A stretch of 14,093 nt of DNA from Oligoflexus sp. (GTDB lineage Bacteria; Bdellovibrionota_B; Oligoflexia; Oligoflexales; Oligoflexaceae), in the NCBI GenBank assembly GCA_041736305.1, contig JBGSTX010000252.1, positions 1-14,093 on the forward strand, in the 5' to 3' direction. Positions 8,041 to 14,093 of this stretch are shown one piece after another. The notes beneath the pieces were generated by a model that was given only the letters and a program-made list of their open reading frames with translations, had not been told where the DNA came from and searched no databases. Both the position numbers and the translations under genes were made by a program. Position 1 is the stretch's first letter, and each line of letters opens with the position of its first letter.

Positions 8041-9168
8041 ATGCGCTGGTACCTCGCCCTAACCAGCTTCGCTCTAAGCCTCTTTTTCGGGGCCATAGGG
8101 ATTTATCAGCTCCAAAAACAGTCTGCTGGAGTCGGGCACAAGGTCGATGCGCTCCGGGCCTCTGCTCTTCTTAATTCCGAGGGTGCCGAGCAGCGCTGGC
8201 GAAATCTCGCCCTGCAGGCCCGCGAGAAAGCGGTTTTCTACGAGGAAGAAATCGAGCGCGAGCATCTCGAATCCGGAATGGTGGTCAATCGGCGAAACAA
8301 TGGAGAGCCCGAAGGAGTCTGCGACAGTCTCCTCTTCTCCAGTCTGCGTTACACCGCGCTGGTGAAGCTCGGCTGGACTGATAAAGCTGCAGCGGCCTGG
8401 CAAGCGATAGCCCGCAGCCAGCAAGGTGGGCGGTGGATCCGGCATCCTCTATGTAGGGAAAAAGTCACTTCGCGCGATATGATCTTCGGCCTCGTAACCG
8501 CTTTGAGTCAGAATCCACCGCTGGCCGGCGAACACCTCAAGTCTTTGCTAGGCATCATCGAAAAGACCGACGGTTCGATCGACCCCGGACCCTTTTATGT
8601 AAGCCGCCTCTCACCGGGCCTCGGCGAACTCATCAAGCAGATGAGCCTGATCCAAGGCTGGCAACTCAAAAATCTACCGGGCGAAGTACGGATTTCATTC
8701 TCTACTCTCGAATTCGACGCCTGGCTCAGCTCGCCTGGATACGTGTCCCACCTGATCGCACTCATGCTCTGGAATGAACTCGAGCTTCTGCAGCAGCAAC
8801 GAAAAATTCGCAGCATAGCGCAGCTCTTCGAAGGGATTTGGCCCATAGAAATTGCCGAACTACGCCTGCAGTGGGCAGGACAAAAACTGGCCGAAATGGA
8901 CCCCTCGAATCTCTTTTTCCTCTGGCTCAAATATCGCAGCGCCGGTGCCCTCAGCGATCGGATCAAGGGCGATTTGCTCGAACAACTGCTGGCCATGCAA
9001 GCCTTTCCGGATCATCATCTGCCGCGCAACTGTGAACGCCATGCCGATTATCTCTGGCAGCGCACCTCGCGCGAATATCAGCCGCAGCCAAACACGCCTT
9101 GCGAAGTGACTTTCAGTGGAGTCGACTTTCTCTGGATGGTCGCCCTCCTAACCGAAGAAGCCAACTGA
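8041..9168 (+). CDS. Hypothetical exported or membrane-anchored protein
   Basis: 375-aa ORF with RBS GGAG and hydrophobic N-terminus (MRWYLALTSFALSLFFGAIGIY); Leu/Trp-rich and apparently helical; no family recognised. Confidence 0.8.
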   Translation: MRWYLALTSFALSLFFGAIGIYQLQKQSAGVGHKVDALRASALLNSEGAEQRWRNLALQAREKAVFYEEEIEREHLESGMVVNRRNNGEPEGVCDSLLFSSLRYTALVKLGWTDKAAAAWQAIARSQQGGRWIRHPLCREKVTSRDMIFGLVTALSQNPPLAGEHLKSLLGIIEKTDGSIDPGPFYVSRLSPGLGELIKQMSLIQGWQLKNLPGEVRISFSTLEFDAWLSSPGYVSHLIALMLWNELELLQQQRKIRSIAQLFEGIWPIEIAELRLQWAGQKLAEMDPSNLFFLWLKYRSAGALSDRIKGDLLEQLLAMQAFPDHHLPRNCERHADYLWQRTSREYQPQPNTPCEVTFSGVDFLWMVALLTEEAN

Positions 9169-9238
9169 ACTCTATCCCTAGCTCTGGTAAAATAATTAAA
9201 TCTTAAGCAGAAAAGCTCGCGCCAACGAGGGCTAGACT

Positions 9239-9853
9239 ATGAAAAAACTCGGCATCTACTATCGCGTCTCGACTGACAAGCAGGATCTCGCCAGTCAGAA
9301 GACGGCCTTCGCCAGCTGGTTGGAGGCTCTGCCCCCGGCAGCACGCCCATTGGAGATACTCACATTTAAAGATGAAGGGCGCTCGGGACGCGACAGCCAG
9401 CGCGTCGGCTATCAGCAACTGCTGCGCGCCGCCTTCGAGCAGCGCATCGACACCATAGCCGTCTACCGTCTCGACCGCTTGAGCCGCAATGCAACCGAAG
9501 CCATCCAGGTCCTGCTCACGCTCGACCAGGCCGGAGTCGGTTTTATTTCGATCACTCAGCCTGTGCTGAATCTCGGTCTCGACAATCCTTTTCGCCGAAC
9601 TATGCTCGCCGCCTTCTCCGAAATTGCTGAGATTGAGCGCGATACAATTGTCACGCGCGTGAACGCGGGTCTGGCGGCTGCTAAGAAGAAAGGCGTACGG
9701 CTCGGACGCAAGCCACATCTCGGCCAAGCCGAACAGCTTGAAGTGCGAAGACTGCGCAGCGAGGGCTGGAGTTATCAGAAGATAGCCACAGAGTTAGGCA
9801 TCAGCCACGGTGCGGTACAGATTCTCGACAAGGGAGTCGATCGCGCTGAGTAG
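9239..9853 (+). CDS. Small serine recombinase (resolvase/invertase family) with C-terminal HTH
   Basis: YYRVSTDKQ (catalytic Ser), DEGRSG, VYRLDRLSRN, EIERDTIVTRVNAGLAAAKKKGVRLGRKP, HTH SYQKIATELGISHGAV. Confidence 0.95.
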   Translation: MKKLGIYYRVSTDKQDLASQKTAFASWLEALPPAARPLEILTFKDEGRSGRDSQRVGYQQLLRAAFEQRIDTIAVYRLDRLSRNATEAIQVLLTLDQAGVGFISITQPVLNLGLDNPFRRTMLAAFSEIAEIERDTIVTRVNAGLAAAKKKGVRLGRKPHLGQAEQLEVRRLRSEGWSYQKIATELGISHGAVQILDKGVDRAE

Positions 9854-9863
9854 AAATAGTTTT

Positions 9864-9885
9864 CCCCGGTTTACCCAAACCGGGG
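9864..9885. other. Perfect 9-bp hairpin downstream of the resolvase
   Basis: CCCCGGTTT-ACCC-AAACCGGGG, 10 nt after the stop; no downstream U-tract on either strand. Confidence 0.6.
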
Positions 9886-10016
9886 TAGTAGGAAAACGAG
9901 GAGAATTTTTAGCAGAAAAGCCTTCGGGTAAAAGGCCGGTGTGAATTCAGAAGGGAAGAGGCGAGGATAATGCATATGTGTGATGGCTTTGAGAGCCACG
10001 ATTTACTCTTAGTCTC

Positions 10017-10044
10017 AGAATAAGATCGCTCTTCGAGGAGTCAA
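10017..10044 (-). promoter_or_regulatory. Candidate sigma-70 promoter
   Basis: Minus strand TTGACT (10044-10039)-N16-TATTCT (10022-10017); both boxes match consensus at 5/6 and 4/6. Confidence 0.4.
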
Positions 10045-10099
10045 GGCCGGCGAGCAGAAATAATAAAGATGACCTTGAAAACCTGAGTGAAACTGCAGC

Positions 10100-10127
10100 A
10101 AAAAAAAATGCGGCAAGCTTGCCGCAT
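10100..10127 (-). terminator. Intrinsic terminator for the minus-strand acidic-protein gene
   Basis: Palindrome ATGCGGCAAGCTTGCCGCAT (10108-10127) running into a 9-T tract on the minus strand (A-run 10100-10108). Confidence 0.85.
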
Positions 10128-10161
10128 CATCGAAAATTGTAGGGTCAAACTTAGAAGATTT

Positions 10162-10398
10162 GGCCTCGCCTATGGCGTCGGCCACTGGTCAATTAAACTT
10201 AGCCTTTGACATTGGCTTGGCCTTCGCCTTTGGGGTGATCGTGATCCTAGCCCAACCCTTTGCCTTTAGGCCTATGCTTGGTTTTCGCCGAAGTGGTAAA
10301 GGCAAGGCCTTGCGCCGACGATCACGATCACGCACAAGGCAATGGAAAGGTCTATGGCTAGGTCAAAGAACTGAGTGGCCGACGCCATAGGCGAGGCC
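10162..10398. mobile_element. 237-bp MITE/REPIN-like palindromic element, copy 2, with flanking direct repeat
   Basis: Same 25-bp TIRs and orientation as copy 1; flanked by GAAGATTT at 10154-10161 and 10399-10406; lies between the stop codon of the 10406-10810 gene and its terminator. Confidence 0.88.
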
Positions 10399-10405
10399 GA
10401 AGATT

Positions 10406-10810
10406 TTAATCTTCGTCAATCTCAGTATCCTCGTCCATGATGTCGCTGAGCTCTTTCAAAAGAGTCAGGAAAGTCTGACGATCAGGCTGATTCCAAATCT
10501 CCATAGCCCGACTCAGGTTGAAAGGACTTTCTTCCTCCTGAAGGTGCAGGAGAAGTTCGACCACATGATCTTGCTCTTCGGTGAGGTTTTCATCCTGATA
10601 GGCGTTGAAAACGGTGTCGAAGATTTCATCTGGGGCCTTGTCTTTGGGAACGTCCTGAAAGCAAGGAAAGCGAAGCAACTGCTCGGTGAAGAGCTCGGTG
10701 TCAACTTCGATCTCGTCCAAGCCTTCCTCGTCCTCGAGCTCTTCCTCTTCCATGTAATCCTCATTTCCCTGGGGCGTTGCTTTGAATTTGTCACCTTCAA
10801 AATTGCTCAT
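10406..10810 (-). CDS. Hypothetical highly acidic protein
   Basis: 134 aa with strong RBS GGAGG before ATG and a downstream terminator; about 43 Asp/Glu versus 8 Lys/Arg by hand count. Confidence 0.85.
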   Translation of the reverse strand: MSNFEGDKFKATPQGNEDYMEEEELEDEEGLDEIEVDTELFTEQLLRFPCFQDVPKDKAPDEIFDTVFNAYQDENLTEEQDHVVELLLHLQEEESPFNLSRAMEIWNQPDRQTFLTLLKELSDIMDEDTEIDED

Positions 10811-10845
10811 GGCTACCTCCGGCTAGGACTGAGATTTACTCGAGA

Positions 10846-10886
10846 TTGAAAGGCTCCGACCCACGGTATCGTGAAGGAGCCTTCAA
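10846..10886 (-). terminator. Stem-loop between MFS and acidic-protein genes (possible terminator or processing structure)
   Basis: Minus strand TTGAAGGCTCC...GGAGCCTTTCAA with inner CACG-ATAC-CGTG; only a short U-tract. Confidence 0.4.
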
Positions 10887-10927
10887 GCACAAAGTCTGTC
10901 GGAGTCTAGCACGCAAGAGCGAGAAAA

Positions 10928-12154
10928 TCATGAGTTTTGAGGTCGATCGCGAAAGGTCTCAGCACGCCGCAGAGCCGGAAAGAACCAGCAAGCTAGAAGG
11001 ACGACCAGACAAGTTCCCAGGCCACCCATGACGACCGCCGGCACCGTCCCAAAGTAATTGGCAGTAATACCCGACTCAAATTCACCCAGTTCATTCGAAG
11101 CACCTATAAACACCATGTTGACGGCCGCGACGCGGCCTCGCATGCTATTAGGAGTATGGGTCTGGATTAAAGTCTGTCGGATAACCACCGAGATCATGTC
11201 GCTAGCCCCGAGTACAACGAGACAGGCGAGCGAGAGTAAGAAATGCGTCGATAGGCCAAAGATGATCGTGACGATCCCGAACACGGTGACGGCCATAAAC
11301 ATCAGCCGACCAACGCCGCGCTCGAGCGGGCGGATACCGAGAAAGATAGCCATGAGAGCAGCCCCCACAGCCGGAGCAGAACGCAGATAGCCAAGGCCCT
11401 CAGGCCCCACGTGGAGGATGTCACGGGCAAAGATTGGGAGGAGGGCGACAGCCCCGCCGAGCAAGACGGCGAAGAGGTCGATCGTGATAGCCCCGAGGAT
11501 GAGCTTTTCCTTCCAGATAAAGCGGAGCCCACCCAGCAGTTCGAGCTGACGCCGGTCTTCGGGGGCCGGTGCCGGAAAATAGGGCAGCTTGAGCAGAGCA
11601 ATAATGGCCAAAATGAGGAAGCCGCCGCAGATAGCGTAGATCATCCCCACCTGCCCACCACCCCAGGCAAAGATCAATCCTGCTAGGGCTGGACCGCTAA
11701 TGGTCGCCAGTTGAAAGACTGTAGAGTTCATGGCTACAGCCTGCGGTAGACGCGCCGAGCCTATCATTTGCGGGAGATAAGCCGAGGTGGAAGGATTACC
11801 AAAAGAACGGGCTATACCAATAAAAACTAGGGTCAGATAGATGAGAGGGAGCTGGTCCTCCTGCACCGAAGTCGAGATGTAAAGGCTGAGTGAGGCGAGG
11901 AGGAGAAGGGCCTCGGCTGCCAGCATCAGATTACGCCGCGGCAATAGGTCAGCTGCCTTGCCGCCCGGTAGAGCAAAGAGGAGAGTGGGAAGAAAAATAG
12001 CTAGTCCGACGTAACCAAGATGCAGAGCACTGTGAGTGATCTCATAGACCTGCCAGGCGACGGCTACCGACTGCATTTGCATCGCCAGAACTAGGAAGAG
12101 TCGATAAGCGAGATAGAGCACAAAACGGCGATCGCGCAGCAAACTCTTGTCCAA
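10928..12154 (-). CDS. MFS transporter (EntS/DHA3-like)
   Basis: 408 aa with many hydrophobic segments; AVAWQVYEITHSALHLGYVGL, motif A-like GKAADLLPRR, ISGPALAG, TPNSMRGRV; TTG start. Confidence 0.92.
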   Translation of the reverse strand: MDKSLLRDRRFVLYLAYRLFLVLAMQMQSVAVAWQVYEITHSALHLGYVGLAIFLPTLLFALPGGKAADLLPRRNLMLAAEALLLLASLSLYISTSVQEDQLPLIYLTLVFIGIARSFGNPSTSAYLPQMIGSARLPQAVAMNSTVFQLATISGPALAGLIFAWGGGQVGMIYAICGGFLILAIIALLKLPYFPAPAPEDRRQLELLGGLRFIWKEKLILGAITIDLFAVLLGGAVALLPIFARDILHVGPEGLGYLRSAPAVGAALMAIFLGIRPLERGVGRLMFMAVTVFGIVTIIFGLSTHFLLSLACLVVLGASDMISVVIRQTLIQTHTPNSMRGRVAAVNMVFIGASNELGEFESGITANYFGTVPAVVMGGLGTCLVVLLACWFFPALRRAETFRDRPQNS

Positions 12155-12180
12155 CGGGGGTCCCCTAGCCGAAAGAGGTT

Positions 12181-12828
12181 TTATTTCATCAGGCGAATCA
12201 GCTGCTGCTTTTCATGTTCGGCTAAGTTTTCAAATCCGAAGACAGCTTGCGTGGCCGTCTGTGAGTGCTGCTTTTCCACGCCGCGCATCATCATACAAAG
12301 ATGCTGAGCCTCTAGGCGTACGAGTATGGCGCGAGGCTCGAGCAGTTCTTTGATCGCTTCGAGAATCTGATGGGTAATCCGCTCCTGAACCTGCACTCGA
12401 CGGGCGAAGATATCGATCAGACGGGGAACCTTCGACAGCCCGAGTATCTTGCTCTGCGGAAAATAAGCCACCGTCGCCTGGCCCCAGAAAGGCAGCAGGT
12501 GATGTTCGCACATCGAATAGAATTCAACGTCCTGAACCGCAATCAGACCGGGCCCTTCACTGGCGAAAACTCCACGGCCCACAGCTTCTCTGGGACTGAG
12601 TGAGTAACCGCCGAGCAAACTCTGGTAAGCTTTAGCAAAGCGTTGTGGAGTATCCTTGAGACCCTCCCGGCCCAGATCTTCTTTGGTGAGCCCAAGAATT
12701 TTATGGGCAGCATCGGCAGCCAAAAGGAAAGGATCTCCCGGCCCATCTTTGCCTGCAAAGGTCGAGGCCGAAGAGGCACTGGTGCTAGGTTTTACGTCGG
12801 AATCTGGCTTCTTTGAGTCATTGCGCAT
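12181..12828 (-). CDS. folE: GTP cyclohydrolase I
   Basis: EGLKDTPQR, SMCEHHLLPF (Zn ligands), GLSKVPR, RRVQVQERIT, HLCMMMRGV. Confidence 0.95.
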   Translation of the reverse strand: MRNDSKKPDSDVKPSTSASSASTFAGKDGPGDPFLLAADAAHKILGLTKEDLGREGLKDTPQRFAKAYQSLLGGYSLSPREAVGRGVFASEGPGLIAVQDVEFYSMCEHHLLPFWGQATVAYFPQSKILGLSKVPRLIDIFARRVQVQERITHQILEAIKELLEPRAILVRLEAQHLCMMMRGVEKQHSQTATQAVFGFENLAEHEKQQLIRLMK

Positions 12829-13047
12829 AAAAATCCTTCTGGAGCAGCACGATAGGGAATTCTGCTTATACCCTCAGCTGGGAGTTTGCAAGGGAGCGCT
12901 GAGCGGGGCAAGCGGCTTTTTCTCAAGTAGGGGTGAATGCCCGTATACTCCGGTTTGCTTTGGTATTAGTATGGACCGCTCAGACTCAGCAAGTTGGAGC
13001 GAGCTTGAAAAATAAGCGTATCTTATTTACCTCGGTCCTTTGTAAGT

Positions 13048-14037
13048 ATGGTGCAGGCAAGATTGAATCTTGACCCTAACGGAGTTTTTTTGATCAACGA
13101 TCAGCTGAGCGTAAAGACAGTATGCCAACTTACCGGTATCAACGGCCACACATTGAGAGCCTGGGAACGCCGCTATTCTGTTGTCACTCCCAAGCGTCTC
13201 GAGAACGGCCGCCGAACTTATACTGTTCATGACCTTGAAAAACTGAAGCTGATCGCTCTTCTGGTTCGGAAGGGCTTCCTGATCGGCAATATTGCCCCCT
13301 ATTCGGTGGCTCAACTCAATAAGCTCGTCAGTGAGACGGCCCCGACAGCCAATATGATCGAGGGCCAGCCGAACACCTTGAGCCGCGCTGAAGAGCTGGG
13401 TCTCAAGTTGGAAGACGCGGTGGCCCGCTACGATCTGATCAAACTCAACCCCCTGCTCGGCCAGGCTAAGGCTGAGGTCGGTATTCGTGATTACCTTTTC
13501 TTCGTGATTTTGCCGCTTTTAAAGCGGGTTGGCGAGGCGGTCTACACGCAGCAACTGAGCGTGGGGCAGGAGCATGCCCTGTCGGCTGTCGTGCGTTTTC
13601 ACCTGATGCAGAGTCTTTTTACTCTCATCGATGCCCGGGTTCTGCTGCGGGAGTCGGCCCCGCCGAAATCTTTTGCCCTGGCGACGATGGAAGGCAATCT
13701 GCACGAACTCGGGACGCTCATCGCCGCTGTACTCTGCGCCTATCATGGCTTCCCCATTTTCTACCTGGGTGCCCATATGCCGGCTCAAGGATTGGCCGAC
13801 GCGGCGCGTTCGGTCAATGCCAATTGCATCGTACTCGGACTCACGCCTATGCCTGAGCACGATACGACTATCACCGTTTACCTCGAAGAACTCCTCGAAG
13901 GTCTCCCTTCCGCCTGTGAAGTCTGGACTGGTGGCTGTCCCTACTATGAGCTGCCGGAGTCGAGCGAGCGGATTCGCCCGCTCAAAGATCTCAACGAGCT
14001 CGATCAACTCTTAGCTCACATCAAAGGCAGCGTGTAA
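13048..14037 (+). CDS. MerR-family regulator with cobalamin-binding domain (CarH/LitR-like)
   Basis: HTH ending HTLRAWERRY...GRRTY; helical-bundle SVGQEH; Rossmann motif GNLHELG, YLGAHMP, VLGLT, WTGG. The true start may be TTG 13090 (GGAG at 13081-13084). Confidence 0.93.
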   Translation: MVQARLNLDPNGVFLINDQLSVKTVCQLTGINGHTLRAWERRYSVVTPKRLENGRRTYTVHDLEKLKLIALLVRKGFLIGNIAPYSVAQLNKLVSETAPTANMIEGQPNTLSRAEELGLKLEDAVARYDLIKLNPLLGQAKAEVGIRDYLFFVILPLLKRVGEAVYTQQLSVGQEHALSAVVRFHLMQSLFTLIDARVLLRESAPPKSFALATMEGNLHELGTLIAAVLCAYHGFPIFYLGAHMPAQGLADAARSVNANCIVLGLTPMPEHDTTITVYLEELLEGLPSACEVWTGGCPYYELPESSERIRPLKDLNELDQLLAHIKGSV

Positions 14038-14093
14038 ATTTTTTACTGCCCCTTTCGCATGCAGTTTTACTGAGCCTGGCATAGGATGAACTC

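Noticed and set aside
9969-10023. 17-aa + strand ORF (MHMCDGFESHDLLLVSE) after GAGGA
   Set aside because: Too short and featureless to support without expression data.

Overview
Bacterial chromosomal window; the organism cannot be determined from the sequence. It contains, in order: a sigma-54-type response regulator running off the left edge, a beta-CASP MBL-fold nuclease, an orphan lipoprotein, a formylglycine-generating enzyme plus arylsulfatase pair, an exported hypothetical protein, a solo serine resolvase, a very acidic small protein, an MFS transporter, folE, and a divergent CarH/LitR-like MerR-B12 regulator. The most striking non-genic signal is a 237-bp element present twice (3968-4204 and 10162-10398, 5 differences). 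It has perfect 25-bp terminal inverted repeats that are themselves REP-like hairpins, a 6-nt-periodic interior that folds back on itself, and short flanking direct repeats resembling target-site duplications. It looks like a recently mobile non-autonomous MITE/REPIN-like element, and its two copies bracket the FGE-sulfatase-hypothetical-resolvase block. Other points of interest are a probable ATT start for the FGE, a CarH homologue lacking key AdoCbl-contact residues opposite folE, and a candidate sRNA or small-peptide unit convergent on the resolvase.
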